From sequence record SRR20825010_3505: a stretch of DNA of 52,058 nt; one strand, written 5' to 3'. Below are positions 40,681 through 49,143 of this stretch, piece after piece. Each line of letters begins with the position of its first letter. Within the stretch, counting starts at the first letter, position 1. The notes beneath the pieces were generated by a model. That model worked only from the letters and a program-made list of their open reading frames with translations. It was not told the origin of the DNA and did not search any database. A program made the translations under genes and the position numbers.

Positions 40681-41112
40681 TCACCAGCAACCCCAGTAGC
40701 TTGTGTAGACGGGGGTGTAGTAGTGGTGCACGACAGGCTTGTAGTGCACGACGGGTGTGTAGTGATAAGACGAGTAGCTGTAGGGGCTGTAGTACGAGTT
40801 GTAGTGGGTGTAGCCGTAGCTGCGATGGCCATAGCTGCGATACCCGTAGCTGCCGCGGAAGCGACGGTAGCAGGCTGCGACTGCTTCTTCGGAATCCACT
40901 TCGTCTTCACCGTCGTTGAGCAGCGATTCGACATCAGCCAGCCCGAGTTCCATGTCGTCAGCCGAAGCTTCGGCGATGTTCTCGATGTCGGCGGTGTTGT
41001 TGCTTTCGGCGGCGGCTAAGCGAGCGAGCAAGTTGTCGTCAGCTTTCACAGCGGTGCCGACCAAGCAGAAGGTCATGGCCATTGCAGCGGTGATCAGAGT
41101 TCGTTTGGACAT
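40681..41112 (-). CDS. Secreted prepropeptide-like protein (signal peptide, acidic region, Tyr/His/Arg-rich C-terminal peptide)
   Basis: 143 aa; signal ending VKA; 18 D/E in the next 56 aa; C-terminal 63 aa contain 18 Tyr, no acidic residue and a Cys at each end; GGAG SD upstream. Confidence 0.8.
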   Translation of the reverse strand: MSKRTLITAAMAMTFCLVGTAVKADDNLLARLAAAESNNTADIENIAEASADDMELGLADVESLLNDGEDEVDSEEAVAACYRRFRGSYGYRSYGHRSYGYTHYNSYYSPYSYSSYHYTPVVHYKPVVHHYYTPVYTSYWGCW

Positions 41113-41208
41113 CGTTCAGTCTCCAGGAAGTTTGTTTTGCGGCGTTGTAAGAAAGTCGCCAGCGAGTTTGCCGCGTCGTTCGCTGTCGTTCGTCTTGTGA
41201 CTGAACGG

Positions 41209-41236
41209 CTAAGCGGAGGAGGTCCAAAGTTGTTAC
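41209..41236 (-). promoter_or_regulatory. Putative ECF promoter, copy A (GTAAC-N16-CGCTTAG)
   Basis: Minus strand: GTAAC aactttggacctcctc CGCTTAG, upstream of the 41112 gene. Confidence 0.7.
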
Positions 41237-41272
41237 TGGAAAAAACGAATTTGTTTTTGAAACATCGAATCT

Positions 41273-41300
41273 GTAACAACTTGACTGCGGATTCGCTTGG
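41273..41300 (+). promoter_or_regulatory. Putative ECF promoter, copy B (GTAAC-N16-CGCTTGG)
   Basis: GTAAC aacttgactgcggatt CGCTTGG, upstream of the 41359 gene. Confidence 0.75.
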
Positions 41301-41358
41301 AAAGCATCGCCCACACGCGTGCGTGATCGTTTCTTCCTTCTGACCAACGAGTGAACCG

Positions 41359-42288
41359 ATGCGACTCTCTCACCGCAGTCTCTGCTTCTCACTGTTGTTT
41401 GTTGTTTTGCCCACTCTTCAAGTTCGGGCGGATGACGATCTGTTTTCGAAAGTTGCCATCGACTCCGTTTTCACGACGGCATCGTCGAAACAGGCCAGCG
41501 AGTCATCGAGCCCTTCGATCTCGATCGAGGCTGGATCGCCGAAGGTGGAAACGATCGATGATTTGGACGAACTCTTTCCACTCGCTAAAGAGATTGATGA
41601 AGAAGCCGTCCGCGAATTTGGTGCGATTCGGTTGGTCAGTCGATCTGACAAATGGAGTTTCTCGACTCGGATGACCATTCAGGGAGATTCGCCAAAGGTG
41701 GTCTTTGAAATGGCGCTCGTGACGCTGGACGAGGCTCCGATTGAAAACGAACGAGCGATCTGGCTGTCGCTAATGGAGGCCGGGCAAGCGAGCCGGGCAA
41801 CGTTCTTCGGGATCAACCGCGAGACGGCGGAGGATGGCAAGCAAGGACAATTGGTGCTGCGTTCAACGATGTCGGCTGTGGGGCTGACCACGGAATCGTT
41901 GCGTTCAAAGCTGCAATCGCTCAGCCAATTCGCCGTGGAAAACTCATCGGCTTGGTCGCAATTTCGAGCCAAACCAACGAAAAACACGACGAAACCGGCT
42001 GTCAAAGAGTTCTCGCTGGTCGGGCAATGGCTGGCGACTCCGGTGTCCGGCGAAGCTTACGCGATCGATTTGAAAGCCGTTTCGAATGGCTCGCGGGCGT
42101 TTCAATTGGTGCACGTCAAGGATTCCAAATCGACGGTGTCATCCGGCAAATACTCGCTGAAAGACGGCCAATTCTCGTTGGCCGCGGAGTCGGGAGATCC
42201 GTTGGTTTTTCCGCTGACGTGGAACGATGCTGACCAGTTCGAGCTGGAAATCGGGACGGTGAAGGTGAATTTCAAACGTCAGAAATGA
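41359..42288 (+). CDS. Secreted hypothetical protein (YbjN/type III chaperone-like domain plus C-terminal lipocalin-like beta domain)
   Basis: Signal ending VRA; central LMEAGQASRATFFGI...LVLRSTM...LTTESLRSKLQSL; C-terminal LVGQW...F...GKYSL...NFKR. Confidence 0.7.
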   Translation: MRLSHRSLCFSLLFVVLPTLQVRADDDLFSKVAIDSVFTTASSKQASESSSPSISIEAGSPKVETIDDLDELFPLAKEIDEEAVREFGAIRLVSRSDKWSFSTRMTIQGDSPKVVFEMALVTLDEAPIENERAIWLSLMEAGQASRATFFGINRETAEDGKQGQLVLRSTMSAVGLTTESLRSKLQSLSQFAVENSSAWSQFRAKPTKNTTKPAVKEFSLVGQWLATPVSGEAYAIDLKAVSNGSRAFQLVHVKDSKSTVSSGKYSLKDGQFSLAAESGDPLVFPLTWNDADQFELEIGTVKVNFKRQK

Positions 42289-42294
42289 TTTTCG

Positions 42295-42322
42295 GTAACA
42301 CCGGGCGGGAATTCTCGCTTGG
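42295..42322 (+). promoter_or_regulatory. Putative ECF promoter, copy C (GTAAC-N16-CGCTTGG)
   Basis: GTAAC accgggcgggaattct CGCTTGG, upstream of the protease gene. Confidence 0.75.
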
Positions 42323-42370
42323 TCGTTTGTTCCCAACTTCACACCACACCTGATTTGATGAGGTGATCCA

Positions 42371-43597
42371 ATGTTTCGCTGCCGCCTGACTCGAATGCTT
42401 CGAATTGCTTTTCACCGTTGGATGTCGTTGCTCTGCCCAGCCATCATGCTGGTCATCTCGCTCCAAACGACCAACGCCATGGCGGGCGGGGAAACCTACA
42501 AAAAAGTCCTTCCTTCGACCGTGTGGATCATCACAGCAAACGGGGAAGACCAAACGTCCACCGGAACGGGCGTCTTCGTCGACGCGGACAAAAAGCTGGT
42601 TCTGACCAACGCTCATGTGGTCGGTGACAGTCGGACTGCCGTGGTGTTCTTTCCCGAGAAAAAGGACGGTGAAACGTTGGTCAAACGCAAGCAGTACTTG
42701 GATTCGGTGCTGAAGTTGGCTCAGCCGGGCCGGATCGTCGCGGTGGATCGCAAACGTGATTTGGCTTTGATCGAGTTGTCCGAAGTGCCCGAGCGAGCTG
42801 AAGCGATCGCGTTGGCCGAATCGAGTGTAACGGTTGGCGAATCAGTCGATTTGATCGGAAATCCTGGTGGATCTGACGTCTTGTGGGTCTACACCAGCGG
42901 CACGGTCCGCTCGGTCTATCAAAAGAAATTCAAATCGGATCACGGCGAGCACGATTTTCGCGTCGTCGAGACTCAAACGCCGATCAAACCCGGCGACAGC
43001 GGTGGTCCCGTGGTCAACCAAGCCGGCGAGCTGATCGCGATCGCCCAGTCGTTCTCGCCGTCGCAGAACCTGGTCAGCTACTGCGTGGACGTCCAGGAAA
43101 TCAAGGCGTTCATCCAAAGTCCTTGGAAAGCGGCTCCGTTGGGCACCAAGGTGGTTTTGAAAAACGCGGAGGTGGAATTCGAATTGCATTCGACTGGTCA
43201 CTACGAGGTCAAACAAAAGCTTTCCTCAGGGGCGACGCAGTTGGTCTTCGTCGCGAAAGACACTGAGTATTTCCAGCGAGCTGACGTGCGAAAGGTTTGG
43301 TCGTTGGTTTCGGTCAGCAGCGAGCAGCCCACGGCCGAGCTGATGATGCGACTGATGCGGCAAAACTCGGCGACCAAGATTGGTGGCTGGGTGGTGGAAA
43401 AGAACGGGGCGGGCGAGTTTCTGATCCTGTACGTCGCGAAATTGGATGCGACTGCACCCGATGAAGCCGTTGCCGCCTCGATCGACTATGTCGCCCGAAT
43501 CGCGGGAGCGATGAGCAAGCAACTGGAATCCAAGACGAAGGAGGAGGCCACACCCGAGTCGTCGACCCAGACGCTGGCATCGTGGTTGGCCAAGTGA
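42371..43597 (+). CDS. Secreted trypsin-like (S1C-like) serine protease with C-terminal YbjN-like domain
   Basis: Catalytic triad motifs TNAHVV, DLALI and PGDSGGP; signal peptide; GAGGTGA SD; C-terminal domain RLMRQNSATKIGGW, with no PDZ domain evident. Confidence 0.88.
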   Translation: MFRCRLTRMLRIAFHRWMSLLCPAIMLVISLQTTNAMAGGETYKKVLPSTVWIITANGEDQTSTGTGVFVDADKKLVLTNAHVVGDSRTAVVFFPEKKDGETLVKRKQYLDSVLKLAQPGRIVAVDRKRDLALIELSEVPERAEAIALAESSVTVGESVDLIGNPGGSDVLWVYTSGTVRSVYQKKFKSDHGEHDFRVVETQTPIKPGDSGGPVVNQAGELIAIAQSFSPSQNLVSYCVDVQEIKAFIQSPWKAAPLGTKVVLKNAEVEFELHSTGHYEVKQKLSSGATQLVFVAKDTEYFQRADVRKVWSLVSVSSEQPTAELMMRLMRQNSATKIGGWVVEKNGAGEFLILYVAKLDATAPDEAVAASIDYVARIAGAMSKQLESKTKEEATPESSTQTLASWLAK

Positions 43598-43631
43598 ATT
43601 CCCGGACGTTTGAAAAACTCGAAGTTTCTCT

Positions 43632-43659
43632 GTAACGCATTCAGAAGTCTACCGCTTGG
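43632..43659 (+). promoter_or_regulatory. Putative ECF promoter, copy D (GTAAC-N16-CGCTTGG)
   Basis: GTAAC gcattcagaagtctac CGCTTGG, upstream of the 43726 gene. Confidence 0.75.
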
Positions 43660-43725
43660 CAGGTTGTAAGGCGAAGACATCGCCGCGACACAAATCCAAA
43701 CTTTCCAATGACCGGAGACTGAACG

Positions 43726-44718
43726 ATGAAAATTCAAGCTAAAAAATGGATCTTGGCCGCTTCCGTGATCAGCACCGTGGCTGGACCAACCCTCGAGGCC
43801 CAGGCGTGTGGCGGGGCACGTCGCAGTGGAGTTTCGCGAATCGTGTCGCAGATCCACTCGTCTCGCACGACCAATCGCTACCCATCGTCGACTCCTCACT
43901 ACTCGTCGATCCAGCCCACTTATCGTCAGGCTCCCGTTTATCACAACGCTCCTGTCAGCGTTCAGCCTTCGCCGATCGCTTCGCAGTCGTTTTCCGGTCA
44001 GGCTGTTTCTGCCCAACCTGCTTCCGGTCAATCGTTCGCTCCACAGCAACCCGTTCAGCAACAGTTTGCTCCTCAGCAACCTGCTCAGAACAATTTCGCT
44101 GGCCAGCAGGTCCAAGGCTCGCAAGCTGCACCAACGCGGCAGGCTCCCGTTCAGCAACAGGCTCCTGTCCAGCAGCAAGTCGCTGTTCAGCAACAATCGC
44201 AAACGCAGCCAGCGACTCAGGCTGCTCCGGCAACTCAGCCCGCTGCATCGGCGGAAGCATCGGCACTCGCCATGTTGGCCTCGATCAATCAGCGAACCAC
44301 CACGCCAACCCAGGCGACTGCACCAACTCAAACTACGACCCCAGCACAATCCTCCGCACCCGCAACTCAACCTGCAACCACTCCATCGCAGATCCCAACG
44401 TTTGGATCGGCCACGTCGGCTTCCAGTGTCAGCACGCCGGCACAACCTCACGTGGGATCGTGGAACGTTTCCTTGCCTGGTGAGCAATCCGTGTCGCTGA
44501 AGTTGAACTCCGACGGTTCATTCGTTTGGGTCGCTTCCAAGTCGGGACAAACCAGTCAGTTCTCTGGCCAGTACCGTCTGGATGGTGGCAGCCTGACATT
44601 GGTCCGCTCGCAAGATCTTCAAAAGATGGAAGGCACTTGGACGGCCAGCCAGAACGGTGGCTTCGTCTTTCGGGTTGGCGGCGGCACCAATGGTGGACTC
44701 AGCTTCATACGTTCGTGA
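43726..44718 (+). CDS. Secreted Q/P/A/T-rich protein with C-terminal lipocalin-like beta domain
   Basis: Signal ending AQA; FAPQQP and QAPVQQ repeats; C-terminal HVGSW...DGSF.W...GQYRL...SFIRS; GGAG SD. Confidence 0.78.
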   Translation: MKIQAKKWILAASVISTVAGPTLEAQACGGARRSGVSRIVSQIHSSRTTNRYPSSTPHYSSIQPTYRQAPVYHNAPVSVQPSPIASQSFSGQAVSAQPASGQSFAPQQPVQQQFAPQQPAQNNFAGQQVQGSQAAPTRQAPVQQQAPVQQQVAVQQQSQTQPATQAAPATQPAASAEASALAMLASINQRTTTPTQATAPTQTTTPAQSSAPATQPATTPSQIPTFGSATSASSVSTPAQPHVGSWNVSLPGEQSVSLKLNSDGSFVWVASKSGQTSQFSGQYRLDGGSLTLVRSQDLQKMEGTWTASQNGGFVFRVGGGTNGGLSFIRS

Positions 44719-44774
44719 ACCATCGATCGACTATCATGCAGCGGTTCCAATGTCCCGCTGCATGAGGTTTTGAA

Positions 44775-45617
44775 GTGCAAAGAATTGTCGACTCGCGAAT
44801 CGCACTCGTTGCGATTCTTTTTGTTTGCGCCGGTTCGGTCACCGCCCAAGAATCGACCGCCCCCAAACGATCCACTCAAACCCACAAAGACGTGCCTTAT
44901 CGGTCCGGGGGCGATCTGACGGATTACCAGAAAGAACGTTGCCGTCTCGATCTGATTCATCCAACCGATGAAGACGGATTCTCGACCGTGGTTTGGTTCC
45001 ACGGTGGCGGATTGACCGGTGGAAGCAAATCCTTTCCCGAAGGTCTGCTCGATCAAGGGATCGCCATCGCGGCGGTGAACTATCGCTTGCATCCGAAGGT
45101 CAAATCACCGGCTTATGTGGAAGACGCGGCTGCTGCGGTCGCTTGGGTTTTCAAGAACATCGAGCAATACGGTGGTGACCCGAAACGCATTTATGTCAGT
45201 GGGCATTCGGCCGGCGGCTATTTGACCAGCATGGTCGGACTGGATCAGCGTTGGCTCGCGGAACACCACATTGACGCCAATCAGATCGCAGGTTTGATCC
45301 CTTACAGCGGTCACACAATCACGCACTTCACGGTTCGCAAAGAGAACGGCATTGATGGTCGCCAACCGGTCATCGATGACATGGCACCGCTGTTCCATGT
45401 TCGCAAGGATGCTCCGCCATTGCTATTGATCACGGGCGATCGCGAACTCGAAATGCTTGGTCGTTATGAGGAGAACGCTTACCTTTGGCGGATGATGCAA
45501 GTCGTCGGGCACCCTCACACCAAGTTGATGGAACTCGACGGATACAACCACGGTCAGATGGACGAGCCATCACATCCGTTGCTGCTGCGGTTCATTCAGG
45601 AACTGGAAAAGGAGTGA
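44775..45617 (+). CDS. Alpha/beta hydrolase (esterase/lipase), exported
   Basis: HGGG oxyanion motif, GHSAGG nucleophile, C-terminal His; signal peptide. Confidence 0.88.
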   Translation: MQRIVDSRIALVAILFVCAGSVTAQESTAPKRSTQTHKDVPYRSGGDLTDYQKERCRLDLIHPTDEDGFSTVVWFHGGGLTGGSKSFPEGLLDQGIAIAAVNYRLHPKVKSPAYVEDAAAAVAWVFKNIEQYGGDPKRIYVSGHSAGGYLTSMVGLDQRWLAEHHIDANQIAGLIPYSGHTITHFTVRKENGIDGRQPVIDDMAPLFHVRKDAPPLLLITGDRELEMLGRYEENAYLWRMMQVVGHPHTKLMELDGYNHGQMDEPSHPLLLRFIQELEKE

Positions 45618-46290
45618 CCAAGCCGCAGACATTGCCGGGCTCTAGAAACGCCAGGTGAGTGATGCCATAGGTTCGGATGTCCCAGTCGCCCGGCGGCAGT
45701 TGTTCCAAGTCGAACGTGTTGTCAGTCTCCACGACCAAAACACTGCCGGGAGGGGCGTATTGCTGGACTCGGATGATGATCGATTTCAACTTGGGATAGA
45801 ACTCAGGGTCGGTCCACATGCGATAGGGCGGACTGAGGAAAACGATCCAGGCGGTGTCGTCTTCCGGGCTGGATGGCTTCAGCAATTGATCCGCCAACGC
45901 GAAGGCGTCGCCCATTACCAAGCGGACTTTGTCTTCAATCCCCAGACGCTCGGTCGTGTCGCGAATTTGTGCGATCGCCTTTCGCATCGGTTCGACGAGG
46001 ACGGCGCTGGTGGAACCACGGCTGATCGATTCCAGTCCCAACACACCGGTCCCGGCGAACAGGTCAAACGCGATCGTGCCCCGACAGGCTCGGCCCAAAA
46101 TGTTGAACAGATTTTCGCGGACGCTGTCCCGCATCGGGCGAGTGAATTCCTCGCCGTGATAGGTCACGGGACGGCCACGCATGTCACCGCCGATGATTCT
46201 CAGCTTGGTGGGCTTGCCGTCGTCGGTTCCGCCCTTGAGGTTTCGTTGCTTGGGCTTGCCGCGTCGATTGTTGGTGCGTTTCGATTTCAT
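45592..46290 (-). CDS. rsmD: RsmD-family (16S rRNA m2G966) methyltransferase
   Basis: LRIIGG, TRPM..VRENLFNIL, DLFAGTGVLGLESISRG, SPPY; start ATG 46290. Confidence 0.85.
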   Translation of the reverse strand: MKSKRTNNRRGKPKQRNLKGGTDDGKPTKLRIIGGDMRGRPVTYHGEEFTRPMRDSVRENLFNILGRACRGTIAFDLFAGTGVLGLESISRGSTSAVLVEPMRKAIAQIRDTTERLGIEDKVRLVMGDAFALADQLLKPSSPEDDTAWIVFLSPPYRMWTDPEFYPKLKSIIIRVQQYAPPGSVLVVETDNTFDLEQLPPGDWDIRTYGITHLAFLEPGNVCGLVTPFPVPE

Positions 46291-46304
46291 CGAGACATCG
46301 TAAC

Positions 46305-47465
46305 CTACGATTCCGTCCTGCCACAGGTCGTTGAAGTGCCAAGGGCGGAGTGTTGGAGCGACTCGGCGACCACACGAAGCTGGGCGACCGGGATTTGGCA
46401 GGACCACCGAGTCCCGGTTTCTGATGGAATCGAGTTTTGAAAAGTGGTTGCTGAGAGGAGCGGTGAGTCCTCGAGGCCGATGCGTTGCAACTGGAGGAGA
46501 TGGCGACCGCCCAAATCGCGTTGTTCCAAGAGTGTCACCGGAAACCGCCACATGCCCGTTTCGGTGACGGTGGGCACTGTTTGTCCATTGAGATCTGGCT
46601 CTACCAATTCGATCGCTTCCGGGCGGATCATCAAAGCGAGTTCATTGTTCGAGTAGCCCGGTGGTGATTGCAGTGCCTCGCCAAGTTTTGGGGAAGACCG
46701 AAGCACTTCGTCCATCGGCAATAGATTGCACGAGGGTGAACCGAGAGCCAGTGCGACGGCCGTGCAATTCGGCGATTGATAGATCTCCCGCGGCGTCCCG
46801 GTTTGGAGAATGCATCCGTTCGACATGACGACAATTTTGTCAGCCAATCGCATCGCTTCGTCGCCGTCATGGGTCACATGAACGAACGTCGTCGAGTCAG
46901 TTTGCCTCGAAACGTCTGCTAGGTGCTGCATCAAATTTTCGGCTGCCAGACGGTCGATCGCCGCCATGGGTTCGTCAAGTAAGCAAACCGACGGTTCTCG
47001 GATCAGAGTCTTCGCGAGGGCAACCCGCCGTCGCTGTCCACCGCTGAGAGTTTCTGGCCGTCGCGGCAGCCATGCGGGATCCAGGTTGAGTGTCCGCAAC
47101 ATCGATTGAATCTTTTGATTCGTCTCCGTCGCCGATGGGCGACCATTCAGATTGGCTCGACATCCGATTTGGAGCGTTTGTTCGACCGTCAGGTGCGGGT
47201 ACATCGTGTCATGTTGGAACAGCAGCCCAACATCTCGCTTTCTTGCCGTCACGTGGGTCACGTCTCGTCCGTCAATCGAGATTGATCCGCAAGCGGCATC
47301 GAGTAGGCCCGCGATGCAGTGCAGCAACGTGCTTTTCCCACACCCACTCGGTCCGAGCACAACGCAGTACTCGCCTGGGGCAAGTGCCAGGTCAAAGTCG
47401 TCCACGATCCGGGTGGACCCTCGATCGATAGCCAGCCCGTTGATCTCAAGTGAATGCGTGGACAT
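46305..47465 (-). CDS. ABC transporter ATP-binding protein (PotA/MalK-like)
   Basis: GPSGCGKST, LSGGQRRR, LLDEP, VTHD; start ATG 47465. Confidence 0.9.
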   Translation of the reverse strand: MSTHSLEINGLAIDRGSTRIVDDFDLALAPGEYCVVLGPSGCGKSTLLHCIAGLLDAACGSISIDGRDVTHVTARKRDVGLLFQHDTMYPHLTVEQTLQIGCRANLNGRPSATETNQKIQSMLRTLNLDPAWLPRRPETLSGGQRRRVALAKTLIREPSVCLLDEPMAAIDRLAAENLMQHLADVSRQTDSTTFVHVTHDGDEAMRLADKIVVMSNGCILQTGTPREIYQSPNCTAVALALGSPSCNLLPMDEVLRSSPKLGEALQSPPGYSNNELALMIRPEAIELVEPDLNGQTVPTVTETGMWRFPVTLLEQRDLGGRHLLQLQRIGLEDSPLLSATTFQNSIPSETGTRWSCQIPVAQLRVVAESLQHSALGTSTTCGRTES

Positions 47466-47944
47466 CAGTTGGCGTCGAGATGTGGCGTGAAGTTTGTGAG
47501 GCACGCATTGTAGAGGCTGATTGCCGAGCGCGGCGAAACGATGGGGTTCGGTTGCCTTGCACCGTCACTGCCTGACTCAAAATGAACGTCAAAATCGTCG
47601 ATTTCGGTGTGTTTGATCGCGAATTCGACTCGCCGGTGGTTGGCCTTGGATCGGCAAATTGTCCACTAACCGACTTTCGAAGCTCCGCTATCTGCCGGCC
47701 GCCGGAGGATCAATTAGCGGAAAAAACGCTCTGCCAATCGCATTGGAGCGAGGCTGGCCAGGATTTTGGCGGCCAACAGAGGTGACAGCCCATTACAATG
47801 GAGGGCGTTTGACGCGACGGGCGACCCGCTGGGTTTCTTCGCTGCAGCAGGATAGGACGGACGGAAGGACCCATGTTTCGCGTCAATTTGACGGTCTCGA
47901 CACGGTGAACTTTTGGTACACGGACTGATCTTGGAGACGACGCG

Positions 47945-48529
47945 ATGCAAATTCATTCACGACACTCTCGTTCGTTTCGGACAATCTCGTTGAGCTTGCT
48001 CAGTGCAAGTGGTCTCCTACTAGGTGGACTGGCTTTACGAGCCGATGAGTCTCGCTCCCGTGGAAGTGCATCGCCGCTTGAGGTCACCCAGGAAAAGCGT
48101 GCGGATGAATCTTCGGATGAGGACTACGTTCCGGCGACAAAGTCCGAGTTACGTCGTCGCCTGAACCGGATTCAATACGACGTGACTCAGAATGCAGCGA
48201 CCGAACCTGCGTTCCGCAATGCGTACTGGAACAACAAGAAGACGGGCGAGTATCACTGCATCGTCTGTGACAAGCCACTGTTTGATAGCAAGACCAAGTT
48301 CAAGTCAGGAACAGGGTGGCCGAGCTTCTACTTGCCGATTGAGAAAGATGCCGTCGGGTATCAGACGGACTACAAGATGATCTATCCGCGAACGGAAGTT
48401 CATTGCAAACGCTGCAAGGCTCACCTGGGGCATCTATTCGATGATGGCCCCGCGCCAAGTGGCAAACGATTTTGCATGAACAGTGCCTCGATGAAATTCG
48501 TCGAGGCAAAGTCCGAAAGCAAGAAATAG
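47945..48529 (+). CDS. msrB: Peptide methionine-(R)-sulfoxide reductase with N-terminal signal peptide
   Basis: ATEPAF, CIVC, SGTGWPSF, CKRC..HLGH, RFCMNS. Confidence 0.95.
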   Translation: MQIHSRHSRSFRTISLSLLSASGLLLGGLALRADESRSRGSASPLEVTQEKRADESSDEDYVPATKSELRRRLNRIQYDVTQNAATEPAFRNAYWNNKKTGEYHCIVCDKPLFDSKTKFKSGTGWPSFYLPIEKDAVGYQTDYKMIYPRTEVHCKRCKAHLGHLFDDGPAPSGKRFCMNSASMKFVEAKSESKK

Positions 48530-48533
48530 TCGA

Positions 48534-48554
48534 GTCCCGAAGAAAAGACGGGAC
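48534..48554. terminator. Small hairpin between convergent msrB and rplK
   Basis: GTCCCG-N9-CGGGAC; no clear U-tract. Confidence 0.3.
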
Positions 48555-48569
48555 GATCGAGGTCGTCGA

Positions 48570-48995
48570 TCAGCCGTCGACGATGATGCCCATGCTGCGA
48601 GCGGTGCCTTCGATCATGCGAGTCGCTTGATCGATGTCGCGAGCATTGAGATCTTCCATCTTCTTTTGAGCGATCTCTTCGCATTGTGCTCGGGTGACCG
48701 TTGCAACTTTGTCCTTGTTGGGGACTCCGCTGCCTTTGGCGATGCCGGCTGATTGCATCAACATCGAGGCCGCTGGTGGGCTCTTGGTGATGAAATCAAA
48801 GCTGCGGTCGTTGTAAACCGTCACGATCACAGGAATCGGCGTGCCGTTGTATTCCTTGGTGCGATCGTTGAACTGTTGGACGAATTGTCCCAAGTTCACG
48901 CCGTATTTACCCAGCGATGTACCAACAGGAGGTGCAGGAGTGGCTTGACCGCCGGGGACTTGGAACTTGGCTTGGCCGGTGACTTGTTTTGCCAT
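48570..48995 (-). CDS. rplK: 50S ribosomal protein L11
   Basis: ATPAPPVG, FNDRT, KSPPA, GTARSMG. Confidence 0.98.
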   Translation of the reverse strand: MAKQVTGQAKFQVPGGQATPAPPVGTSLGKYGVNLGQFVQQFNDRTKEYNGTPIPVIVTVYNDRSFDFITKSPPAASMLMQSAGIAKGSGVPNKDKVATVTRAQCEEIAQKKMEDLNARDIDQATRMIEGTARSMGIIVDG

Positions 48996-49008
48996 GGGTA
49001 AACAGCTT

Positions 49009-49138
49009 TTAGCGATTAACGATTAGCGGTTAGCTCTTGAGGTGCAGCGTTCTGCTGGAAGGCCAACGCAATCTGAGGTGTTTGAAGTTGGGATGGGTGA
49101 AGATAATAACGCGAGCGGCTAATAGCTAGCAGCTAGCG
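49009..49138. repeat. 7-nt tandem repeats in inverted arrangement (nusG-rplK spacer)
   Basis: TTAGCGA TTAACGA TTAGCGG TTAGCTC (49009-49036) and GCTAATA GCTAGCA GCTAGCG (49118-49138). Confidence 0.6.
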
Positions 49139-49143
49139 GTTTT

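Noticed and set aside
40681-41112. Classical RiPP precursor
   Set aside because: No modifying enzymes (LanB/C/M, YcaO, radical SAM, P450) or peptidase-ABC exporter nearby, and the protein has a Sec-like signal; kept only as a prepropeptide hypothesis.
43486-44500. Overlapping ORFs 43486..44487 (-), 43746..44483 (+) and 43808..44500 (+)
   Set aside because: Alternative frames of the low-complexity Q/P-rich gene.
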